A DNA stretch of 62,110 bases from a virus. Lineage: Duplodnaviria > Heunggongvirae > Uroviricota > Caudoviricetes. The notes beneath the pieces are model-generated. The model searched no databases, had not been told where the DNA came from, and saw only the letters and a program-made list of their open reading frames with translations. The stretch lies in the IMG/VR virus record IMGVR_UViG_3300022753_000047; one strand, written 5' to 3'. The translations under genes and the position numbers were made by a program. This document shows positions 47,259 to 55,336 of the stretch, piece by piece (position 1 is the stretch's first letter; every line of letters begins with the position of its first letter).

Positions 47259-48410
47259 ACGACCAGCGAAGAGCGTAAAGAGGCGCGATATCAGCGCAGG
47301 AAAGCCGCTCGCCAAGCAAAGCGTGACGCATTAAGTGAAGCCTGCGGCAATTTTGAAGAGGTGTTTACCTTTGAGCATTTGTACGATTCCGCTAAGAATT
47401 GTTCAAAGGGCGTCATGTGGAAAAACAGCGTTCAAAACTATATGAGCCGAATCACAACGAATGTAGCAGATACGCATGAGAAGCTGATGAATGGAAAGTT
47501 CAGGAGCCGTGGATTCCACGAATTTGATTTGATAGAGCGAGGTAAGCTCAGACACATCAAGAGCGTGCATATCTCAGAGCGTGTGGTTCAACGCTGTTTG
47601 TGCGACTACATACTGGTCAAGGTATTCTCAAACTCTTTTATCCACGATAATGCGGCCAGCCTGAAAGGCAAAGGGATTGACTTTGCCATGGATCGTGTAA
47701 ACACGCATCTGCACAGGTTTTACAGGCAGCATGGTGTTAGCGGCCTGATGAATGGCGCCGTTCTAATGGGCGATTTCTCTGATTTTTTCAATAGTTCACC
47801 GCACGACATTATTTATGTAGAGGGTGAACGGAGAATCAAAGATGAGCGCATACGAAAATTGGCGAATGGGTTCATGGAGGACTTTGGCGACAGAGGTTTT
47901 GGCCTTGGCAGTCAGGTTTCCCAAATCGATTCTCTGATGGTGGCAAGTCCGCTTGACCACTTCATCAAGGAAAAGCTCCGCATCAAACACTATGGCCGCT
48001 ATATGGATGACTTCTATCTCATCCACGAAGACCCGGAATATCTCGCCTATTGCATGGAGGAGATAAAGAAAAAGTGCGATGAACTCGGCCTTAATCTGAA
48101 CAAGAAAAAGACAAGAATCATCCCACTTAGAAACGGATTTAGGTTTTTGAAAACGAAATTCGTTCTGACTGAAACTGGCGCAGTTATACGCAAGATGAAC
48201 CGTTCCTCTCCCACAAGAATGAGGCGCAAGCTAAAGACATTCAAGCGTTGGATGGAGGAGGGTAAGTTTACCATTGACGATGTGAATACAGCCTACCAAA
48301 GCTGGCGTGGTCACATGAGGCGTGGCAATAGCACAAAGATACTGCGCAGAATGGACAAGTTCTTCAATGAACTATTTTTGGAAACCGAGGAGGTAAGAAA
48401 AAGTGCTTAA
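47259..48410 (+). CDS. DGR reverse transcriptase
   Basis: RT motifs GKLRHIKS...ERVVQ, GDFSDFF, GLGSQVSQ, YGRYMDDF, LNKKKT, FLK; frame open from TTG 47085 but the best SD precedes ACG 47259. Confidence 0.95.
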   Translation, partial: TTSEERKEARYQRRKAARQAKRDALSEACGNFEEVFTFEHLYDSAKNCSKGVMWKNSVQNYMSRITTNVADTHEKLMNGKFRSRGFHEFDLIERGKLRHIKSVHISERVVQRCLCDYILVKVFSNSFIHDNAASLKGKGIDFAMDRVNTHLHRFYRQHGVSGLMNGAVLMGDFSDFFNSSPHDIIYVEGERRIKDERIRKLANGFMEDFGDRGFGLGSQVSQIDSLMVASPLDHFIKEKLRIKHYGRYMDDFYLIHEDPEYLAYCMEEIKKKCDELGLNLNKKKTRIIPLRNGFRFLKTKFVLTETGAVIRKMNRSSPTRMRRKLKTFKRWMEEGKFTIDDVNTAYQSWRGHMRRGNSTKILRRMDKFFNELFLETEEVRKSA

Positions 48411-49065
48411 GATTTGTAAAGACGGCAATGTCATCGCCCTGTGCGAAGCTCCCCGCTGGATTCGTATGCAGGAGAATGGTTATTTCGGTGCCTGCTCTGA
48501 GGTTGAGGCCGAAGGTATCGTAATCAACGACATGATCTACAACATTCCCGGCCATGACATCGGCGCCGCTGAAACGGTGTCCTATGTTGAGGTGGACAGC
48601 GGCGAGTATATTTTCAGCCAGCAGGAAGCTGCTGCTGTCAATGATGCGGCTGTGTCCTTTGTGAAGATCATGATGCCCACTGTCGAACTGGATGACGACC
48701 AGATGATTACAGTGTCTGCTCTGTATGATGACTGGGCTGCGGGTGCTTATGTTGTTGGTGATGTGCGCAATGCAGAGGGTCAGACCTGGGAGTGTCATCA
48801 GGCACATGATAACGCAGTGTACCCCGACATCGTTCCCGGCTCTTCTTCATGGGCTACTTTCTGGAGACCCCTGCATGGTAAGACCCCTGAGACTGCCCGT
48901 CCCTGGTGCAAGCCTGTGGCAGGTACGACTGACATGTACCATGTTGGCGAGTACATGATCTACACCGACAGCGCTCTGTATCTGTGCATTGTTGATACCG
49001 TGTATTCTCCCGAAGAGTATGCACAGGCATGGGAAAAGCAGGGCGAAGATGAAGTCACAGAATAA
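48403..49065 (+). CDS. Tail-associated protein with C-terminal CBM5/12-like aromatic repeats
   Basis: WAAGAYVVGDV...WECHQAH...PG....W and YHVGEY...YLC...SP...AW motifs. Confidence 0.65.
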   Translation: MLKICKDGNVIALCEAPRWIRMQENGYFGACSEVEAEGIVINDMIYNIPGHDIGAAETVSYVEVDSGEYIFSQQEAAAVNDAAVSFVKIMMPTVELDDDQMITVSALYDDWAAGAYVVGDVRNAEGQTWECHQAHDNAVYPDIVPGSSSWATFWRPLHGKTPETARPWCKPVAGTTDMYHVGEYMIYTDSALYLCIVDTVYSPEEYAQAWEKQGEDEVTE

Positions 49066-49108
49066 GTATAAAACTGGACTTTCATCAGTGTAAATGGGAG
49101 GTGTTGTG

Positions 49109-50428
49109 ATGTCGATTGAGAAAACGATATGGGATTTCTTCCATGGAAAAGGCTTGAACGACTATGGTGTGGCGGGTCTGATGGGTAACCTGTACGCAGA
49201 GTCTGGCCTGATACCCAACAATCTCCAAAACACCGGCAACAAGAAACTCGGTATGACAGACGCCGAATATGTAACTGCCGTTGATAATGGCTCATACAAA
49301 AAGTTTGTCAAGGATTCTCAAGGCTTCGGTCTGGCACAGTGGACTTTTTGGTCTCGCAAGCAGGCTTTGCTGGACTTCGCAAACAGCCTTGGAGTATCTA
49401 TCGGAGATTTGAATATGCAGCTCAATTTCCTCTGGAAGGAATTGACTGAGAGTTACAGTGGCGTTCTGAGTGTGCTCAGGAACGCTTCTTCTATTTTGGA
49501 GGCATCTAACGCCGTACTGTTCAATTTTGAGCGACCTGCCAATCAGGACGAGAGCGTCCAGAGAAAGCGTGCCAGCTTTGGACAGGTCTATTACGACAAG
49601 TATGTTTCCACACCTCAAACGGAAGGAGTGGTTAATTTGACTGCTGTTGAAAGAGTTATCGCCACGGCTAAGAGCCAGGTCGGTTATCTCGAAAAAGCAA
49701 GCAATAGCCAACTCGACAGTAATACTGCAAACGCAGGCAGAAACAACTGGACGAAATATGCCAGAGACCTGGATCAGCTCGGCGTGTACAACTTCCCAAA
49801 GAATGGTTATGCCTGGTGCGATATGTTCGTGGACTGGTGCTTCGTGACTACCTTCGGTGTTGAACTGGCATGGAAGATGACCAATCAGCCTATGAAGGGT
49901 TGCGGCGCAGGCTGCACATATTCTGCCCAGTATTACAGAAACATGGGGCGCTTCCATAAAACCAACCCCCAGCCCGGAGATCAGATTTTCTTCTCTGAGG
50001 ATGGCGGTGCAACCTCTTACCATACCGGCCTGGTTGTTGCTGTGGACAGCAAGCGGGTCTACACAATCGAGGGTAATACATCAAGCGACCCCGGTGTTGT
50101 TGAGAACGGCGGATCAGTAAATGAGAAGAGCTATTCTCTCTCATACGCAAAAATCGGCGGCTACGGCACGCCCGATTATTCTCTTGTGGAGGAGGAAGAT
50201 GACATGGATGTGAAGCGGTTTGAGGAACTGTGGCTGGAGTACAGAAAGAGTCTGCAGGACAACGACGCAAGTCAGTACAGCGAGCAGGCTCGGCAGTGGG
50301 CTGTGGACAACGGTCTGATTGCTGGTAACAACGCCACAGAGTTTAACGGGATGTGGCAGGATATGCTGACCCGTGAGCAGTTCGTGACTGTTCTGTTCCG
50401 CTTTGCTCAGTTGATGGGCAAGGCATAA
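49109..50428 (+). CDS. Multidomain endolysin: phage-tail-lysozyme + CHAP + SLH-like cell-binding domain
   Basis: GLMGNLYAESGL and GLAQWT (lysozyme); WCDMFVDW...HTGLV...IEGNT (CHAP); QWAVDNGLI...TREQFVTVLFRF (SLH-like). Confidence 0.88.
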   Translation: MSIEKTIWDFFHGKGLNDYGVAGLMGNLYAESGLIPNNLQNTGNKKLGMTDAEYVTAVDNGSYKKFVKDSQGFGLAQWTFWSRKQALLDFANSLGVSIGDLNMQLNFLWKELTESYSGVLSVLRNASSILEASNAVLFNFERPANQDESVQRKRASFGQVYYDKYVSTPQTEGVVNLTAVERVIATAKSQVGYLEKASNSQLDSNTANAGRNNWTKYARDLDQLGVYNFPKNGYAWCDMFVDWCFVTTFGVELAWKMTNQPMKGCGAGCTYSAQYYRNMGRFHKTNPQPGDQIFFSEDGGATSYHTGLVVAVDSKRVYTIEGNTSSDPGVVENGGSVNEKSYSLSYAKIGGYGTPDYSLVEEEDDMDVKRFEELWLEYRKSLQDNDASQYSEQARQWAVDNGLIAGNNATEFNGMWQDMLTREQFVTVLFRFAQLMGKA

Positions 50429-50471
50429 GAAGACATTGAAAATATGTCAGTTATAAAGGAGGGAGGTTGGA

Positions 50472-50840
50472 TTGAGCATCGTGTCCGCAAAAGGTAAACG
50501 AGTAGCGCCGAAACAAAAATCTGGCCTATTTAGACATCTTGGGAAGCTGGGCTTCTCCAATCGTCTGGCTCTGTACATCATCCTCTTTTTGGCTGTCGGT
50601 CTGGCGGGTGGCTTTGTTCTCGCATGGAGAAGTATCACCTATGGCTATACTGGCGCCTTGGCGTGCTGGTCGGTGTGTTTCACACCGATTGGTACGGCAG
50701 CGAGTGTGGTGCTGAGCAAGATCGTACATAAGAGCGAAGCGGAAAATACTGGCGCTGACGGCGAAGGTATCAAGTATGCCGCTGCAAAAGCGAGCGGGTT
50801 CGCTCCGGGCGACGATAACATCGAAAGCCCATCAATATAA
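50472..50840 (+). CDS. Membrane protein (2 TM), holin-associated
   Basis: Two hydrophobic segments; SD GGAGG + TTG. Confidence 0.65.
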   Translation: MSIVSAKGKRVAPKQKSGLFRHLGKLGFSNRLALYIILFLAVGLAGGFVLAWRSITYGYTGALACWSVCFTPIGTAASVVLSKIVHKSEAENTGADGEGIKYAAAKASGFAPGDDNIESPSI

Positions 50841-50858
50841 ACATAGGAGGTACGCAGT

Positions 50859-51185
50859 ATGGAATGGGTAGAGTTAGCTTTATCTGTTGTGGCTGGCTTA
50901 GCCGCTACGATCCCCCTGGTCATCAAACTGATTGAGTATGTCCAGAAAGCCATCAAAGAAAAGAACTGGCCTGGTATGCTTGAGATGGTCATGGGTTACA
51001 TGGAGGTTGCCGAAGGCAAGTTCAAGACTGGCGCAGAGAAGAAAGAGTGGGTTCTTGCCATGGTTAAGGCTTCCGCCGATACTATCAACTATGATATTGA
51101 CCTGAATGTTGTTAGCAATATGATCGACGATCTCTGCGACATGAGCAATATCATCAACCCGCCTGCAGAAAAGGCGGGTGAATAA
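50859..51185 (+). CDS. Holin-like protein
   Basis: N-terminal TM then GAEKKEWV; located in the lysis cassette. Confidence 0.7.
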   Translation: MEWVELALSVVAGLAATIPLVIKLIEYVQKAIKEKNWPGMLEMVMGYMEVAEGKFKTGAEKKEWVLAMVKASADTINYDIDLNVVSNMIDDLCDMSNIINPPAEKAGE

Positions 51186-51190
51186 GGCAC

Positions 51191-51811
51191 ATGATTAGCT
51201 TTATTGAATATCTGAGTGTGCCTGAGAAAGTCGGTCTGGCTATTGTCGCCTGCCTTCTGGTGATGAACCTGGTTGGCGAGTTCCTTGAGTTCAAAGGAAA
51301 GGTTGTCCCTGAATGGGTGAAGCTCCGCAAGTTCTTTTCCCGGAGAAAGGCTGAAAAGGAAGATGCGACCAAAACCTTAAAAGAGGTCAAGCAGCTTCTG
51401 AGCGATGTGAATGCACATTATTCAGAGGACAATATTACTAAGCGCAATAGCTGGATGCAGTGGGTCAATGACCGGGCTGAAGTGTATGACGATTCTATTG
51501 TCGGCATCACCAAAAGCCTTGGCGATGTGACTACGGCCTTGAACGCCAACACGAAACTCACCGAAGAGATGTTCGTTCAGAGCAGCCGTGACCGCATCAT
51601 CGACTTTTCTCATAGAGCCGCAGACCACAGTATTCCTGTCTCAAGAGAGGAGTTCAACAGAATCTTCAAGGTGTACGACAAGTACGAGAAGTTCCTGGGA
51701 GACCACGATATGACCAATGGTGAAATCGATATTGTCTACGGCATCATCAAGAAGTCCTACGAGCATCGTATGGAGAACCATACATTTATCGAGGACAACC
51801 ATGGCCTGTAA
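51191..51811 (+). CDS. Lysis-region protein with N-terminal TM
   Basis: 206 aa; hydrophobic N-terminus, RIIDF...NGEID C-terminus. Confidence 0.65.
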   Translation: MISFIEYLSVPEKVGLAIVACLLVMNLVGEFLEFKGKVVPEWVKLRKFFSRRKAEKEDATKTLKEVKQLLSDVNAHYSEDNITKRNSWMQWVNDRAEVYDDSIVGITKSLGDVTTALNANTKLTEEMFVQSSRDRIIDFSHRAADHSIPVSREEFNRIFKVYDKYEKFLGDHDMTNGEIDIVYGIIKKSYEHRMENHTFIEDNHGL

Positions 51812-51881
51812 CAGGCCGCAAAAATCTAAACTATTCTGATATTTTGTGGGTGTAAAATATCAAATGGATATGAACATTTTT

Positions 51882-51927
51882 AGGAGAGTTCTCCCTGTAA
51901 TTTGCAGGGCGGGCTCTCCTTTTTTTT
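51882..51927 (+). terminator. Intrinsic terminator ending the late operon
   Basis: AGGAGAG..CCCTG-loop-CAGGG..CTCTCCT followed by T7. Confidence 0.85.
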
Positions 51928-52086
51928 GCGTCCGCTCTGTCACAAAAATTGTATAGTTTTCATGACAAATATCATTTCGGCAGCGGGAGTAGTTTATTGC
52001 CGAAATGGTACTGGAAATTTGGGGCGAAAAAATAAAGGGCAGGAATGGAAATGTATCCACACCCGCCCTTGTTCTTTTATTCATTT

Positions 52087-52144
52087 AAGATGTTCGCTTA
52101 TAACATCATTGTACTTTTACAGTGCTCTTATAAATTAACATCTT
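52087..52144. other. Putative attP for the serine integrase
   Basis: 58-bp imperfect palindrome, 21/28 arm identity around a central TT (52115-52116), ~100 bp beyond the integrase stop. Confidence 0.75.
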
Positions 52145-52242
52145 GATATATGTATTTCGTCCCAAATGATTAGTTTGAGACGAATGAAAAAATCGTTGTA
52201 CTCTGATGGAATCGCTAAGGCTAATCAATCAGCATACCATGA

Positions 52243-53754
52243 TTAAATCTTCCATTTAATTTGCACATTCCCATGCCCGACATGAATAGTTTCAATGAGA
52301 GCGTCCACGACGGTAATCTTATCTTGGATATCAATGTCGGCCCATTTGTCCATATAGTTCTTGATAACATCAATGTCCTGCTTTCCGTAAAGTTCTGCGG
52401 AGAGCTGGGCAATTTTTTCTTTTAGATCACGCTTTTCGGCGTCCAGAGCTTCAATGCGCTCATTGACATATTCGGCGGTTGTGCTGCTTGATGCGATCAG
52501 TTTGTCGATTAGGATATTGATTTCCTTTTCAATCTGATCCATGCGCACTTTATATTTGGCGATTTGCAAACTGTCGCCTTTCTTTTCCTTGTGAGCAAGC
52601 TGGTCAAATTCAGCGAGCTTACGAGTCATTTCATCGAAAACGATATCTTCAATTTCAATGGCGGGAATTGAACCAACGCCATCACAGGAGGCTGATACAT
52701 ATTTGCTATTGCACATATAATATCTGGCCGCTTCTTTTCTTTTGCGAGGATAACTTTTGAGTGCGAGTGCATATCCGCAATCGATACATTTGATTTTGCC
52801 TGCAAGCCATGTGTTCTTTGCCTTGACAGGTTTTGCAATTTGGCGCACATTGAGGCATTTACGGCGGCAGAGCAACCATTGTTCAGATTCGATGAAGCCC
52901 TCATGTGGCGCAAGAACCAGAACATGACCGTTGATGGAAATCGCCTTTCTCTTTTCAGCGTTGTCGCCAGTATATAAGTAGGCACCGTTCGTACCAATGA
53001 ACTGGGAAATGTCATTGACGATTTCTGCTCCCTGTGACTGGAAGAACTCGAAGATTGCACTGTCTGCTTTGACATAGATGGGGTTGATGATAAGGTCACG
53101 AAGACGCATTCGGCTGAAGTTCTTGCCGTCGGGTGTCTTGATGCCTTGCTCTTTGAGATACTTGATAACATCCATAAAGGATACCTGTGGGTCTGAATAC
53201 ATCTCGTAGATCAGCTTGACCACTTTAATTTCCTCTGGCTTTGCCACATACATACTGGTTTTGATTCCCTCGATGATGGTGTCTTTCAGAGAGAAACCGT
53301 AAGGAATTCTGCCACCCATATAGAAACCTTTTCTGCTTCTGGAACGGTATGCGTCCATGACACGCTGTTGGATGGTCTCACGCTCAAGCTGGGCGAAAAT
53401 CATGACGATCATCAGCATGGCCTTGCCGATGGGGGTTGAGGTGTCGAAGCGCTCCGTGACGGAGACGAACTCAACACCGTACTTTTGGAACTCGTTGATT
53501 AGGCTGGCGAAGTCCAGAACGGAACGGCTGATTCTGTCCAGACGATAAACGATAACACGGCGCACACCGCCTTCTCGTATCTGTGCCATCATCTCTTGGA
53601 AATCCGGTCGGTCTGTGTTCTTGCCGCTGTAGCCCTTGTCTCTGAATACTTTGTGTTCGCTCGATGTGACCTCTCTCATGCAGAGCTCAATTTGACTTTC
53701 GATGGAGATACTATCTTCACGATCCACAGATTGTCTTGTGTAAATAAAATCCAT
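52243..53754 (-). CDS. Large serine recombinase (phage integrase)
   Basis: YTRQS catalytic Ser, DKGYSGKNTDRP, YRLDRISR, recombinase domain, CIDCG zinc ribbon and coiled coil. Confidence 0.95.
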   Translation of the reverse strand: MDFIYTRQSVDREDSISIESQIELCMREVTSSEHKVFRDKGYSGKNTDRPDFQEMMAQIREGGVRRVIVYRLDRISRSVLDFASLINEFQKYGVEFVSVTERFDTSTPIGKAMLMIVMIFAQLERETIQQRVMDAYRSRSRKGFYMGGRIPYGFSLKDTIIEGIKTSMYVAKPEEIKVVKLIYEMYSDPQVSFMDVIKYLKEQGIKTPDGKNFSRMRLRDLIINPIYVKADSAIFEFFQSQGAEIVNDISQFIGTNGAYLYTGDNAEKRKAISINGHVLVLAPHEGFIESEQWLLCRRKCLNVRQIAKPVKAKNTWLAGKIKCIDCGYALALKSYPRKRKEAARYYMCNSKYVSASCDGVGSIPAIEIEDIVFDEMTRKLAEFDQLAHKEKKGDSLQIAKYKVRMDQIEKEINILIDKLIASSSTTAEYVNERIEALDAEKRDLKEKIAQLSAELYGKQDIDVIKNYMDKWADIDIQDKITVVDALIETIHVGHGNVQIKWKI

Positions 53755-53810
53755 GTTTTACTCCCTTCGATGTGCAGGACTGCCCTGCATGAGGCGGCCT
53801 GCAGAATTAG

Positions 53811-53984
53811 TTATCGCTTGTTCTTGGGGTTGAAGTATTTGCTAAAGACGGCATATAAGGATTTCTCAATCTGTCGTTTCTTTTCCGGTCTGTCGTCTTT
53901 ATGTATGGGAGTAAGATTTGTGATGGTGAATACATCGCCGTCATATACGGCGTTGACTTTTTCGGTCGTGTATTTCTCAGCTAT
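53811..53984 (-). CDS. Small basic protein, candidate recombination directionality factor
   Basis: 57-aa ORF directly upstream of the integrase; SD GGAGGTG followed 6 nt later by in-frame ATA. Confidence 0.6.
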   Translation of the reverse strand: MAEKYTTEKVNAVYDGDVFTITNLTPIHKDDRPEKKRQIEKSLYAVFSKYFNPKNKR

Positions 53985-54013
53985 AGGAATCACCTCCGCA
54001 TATGATTGAGTGC

Positions 54014-54041
54014 AAGAAAGAGGACGGGAGTGACCCCGTCC
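54014..54041 (-). terminator. Intrinsic terminator after dut
   Basis: Minus strand GGACGGG-GTCACT-CCCGTCC-TCTTTCTT. Confidence 0.7.
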
Positions 54042-54062
54042 CCACACTTGCAGATTATTTAA

Positions 54063-54596
54063 TTATGATGACACGGCAGAATTGGCATCTGTGGAGCCCA
54101 TACCGCCGTTCCTGACGCCGTTTGCGTCGTCGGAGTATGTAATCCCATACGGGATGAAGATGGCCTGTACGAAGCCGCTACCGGCCTCTACGGCGACCGT
54201 TTTTCCCTCGTTGCTGTCGTTGGTCACCTTCGCAAAAATGTGACCCTCATTGTCAGAACCGTAGTAATCGCTGTCAATCACGCCCATCGTATTGTTGAGC
54301 TGGAGGCGATACTTGAAGCCCAGACCGCTACGAGGCAGACAACCAAGCCACCAACCCTCGTCGATTTTGACACGAATGCCGGTGGGGATTTTGATGGTCT
54401 GGCCGGGATGCAGTTCAAAGCTAAAAGGCGCCTTGAAGTCATAACCCGCAGAACCACTCGTTGCACGCTTAGGAATTTCCAGAGCGTTGTATGCTAACTG
54501 GATGAACTCATCCTTATACTCGGTATCGATAAGCTCACTCATAGCAGCGTAGAACTGCTCGTAGCTTACCTTTTCAAACTCACCAACTTTATTCAT
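54063..54596 (-). CDS. dut: Trimeric dUTPase
   Basis: GSAGYDF, PRSGLG, GVIDSDYY, QAIF and RNGGMGST (motifs I-V). Confidence 0.95.
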   Translation of the reverse strand: MNKVGEFEKVSYEQFYAAMSELIDTEYKDEFIQLAYNALEIPKRATSGSAGYDFKAPFSFELHPGQTIKIPTGIRVKIDEGWWLGCLPRSGLGFKYRLQLNNTMGVIDSDYYGSDNEGHIFAKVTNDSNEGKTVAVEAGSGFVQAIFIPYGITYSDDANGVRNGGMGSTDANSAVSS

Positions 54597-55134
54597 TGGC
54601 ACTCACTCCCTTTAATTCATGTAAGATGTCCTCAACAAGGGTGTCATACCCATCAGTTGAGCCGTTGTAATGCCTACAGGTAACGCCGTGGTCGGCCAGG
54701 AACCGGAACATATCACTGGCGAGTTCATCGCTTTCCGTTTCTGTCTGGAACCTGCCGATGGGGTTGTATGGCTTCACACGGTTGATGAACACATTGTAGC
54801 TGTTGTATGTATTGAACACCTTGGTCACCAGTGCATCCAATTCCTTTCCGAGAACTTCATCCCGGTTGTAGAAACTGGACAGAAGAATTGGTGAGTCGGT
54901 GATAACTACATCGACCTTGTTCTGCAGACGGCTGATGCGGAAATATTGCTTGCCAAAGATGTATGCCTGGTTTTCAAAGACAGCCTGACTACCTTCCCAA
55001 ACCTTATCCTTGGCAAACTCGGTCACCAACTCGGCATTGATACCAGCCATTTTGAGCTTTGAGAAGATATAGGCTGCTCCAGTTGATTTACCGGCTCCAG
55101 GTGCGCCGAACAGATTTACGACAAGCATTGGCAT
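54589..55134 (-). CDS. P-loop kinase-like protein (AAA_28/NadR-type)
   Basis: GAPGAGKST, TEFAKD, ITDSPI. Confidence 0.8.
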   Translation of the reverse strand: MPMLVVNLFGAPGAGKSTGAAYIFSKLKMAGINAELVTEFAKDKVWEGSQAVFENQAYIFGKQYFRISRLQNKVDVVITDSPILLSSFYNRDEVLGKELDALVTKVFNTYNSYNVFINRVKPYNPIGRFQTETESDELASDMFRFLADHGVTCRHYNGSTDGYDTLVEDILHELKGVSANE

Positions 55135-55140
55135 CTCTCC

Positions 55141-55323
55141 TTACTTTTCTTTAATGTACAAGCCACAGTGGCACATACCACTTTCCATTCCACGGAACTC
55201 CTTGCACATACACTTGGTGTCATCGCTTTTGATGAGATTGCAGGGGCAGTAGCCGCCGTTGGCCTTCAGCTTACGCTTGATCTCGTCGGCATACTCCTTA
55301 TCGGGGTTTACTGTGATTCGCAC
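55141..55323 (-). CDS. Ferredoxin:thioredoxin reductase catalytic-subunit-like protein
   Basis: GYCPC, KCMC and CHCGLY Cys pattern; GTG start with SD AAGGAG. Confidence 0.82.
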   Translation of the reverse strand: MRITVNPDKEYADEIKRKLKANGGYCPCNLIKSDDTKCMCKEFRGMESGMCHCGLYIKEK

Positions 55324-55336
55324 GATTCTTTCTCCT

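Larger units (their letters stand above)
44169..48410 (+). mobile_element. Diversity-generating retroelement (target-VR, avd, TR, RT)
   Basis: BPP-1-type gene order; TR/VR pair with adenine-specific mismatches. Confidence 0.97.

Noticed and set aside
47259-48410. RT as a group II intron, retron or Abi RT
   Set aside because: Adjacent avd, TR and an A-specific VR define a DGR; no maturase/endonuclease extension or msr-msd seen
33546-51811. A second VR for the same TR
   Set aside because: No other match to the TR core (TGGTGGGAGCGTTCTCCT, GGCGTGTCTTTCGG) found by eye; remote targets outside the window cannot be excluded
54055-54067. CATAATTAAATAA resembling the operator motif
   Set aside because: Overlaps the dut stop codon and lacks the TCAA part; plausibly chance in AT-rich DNA
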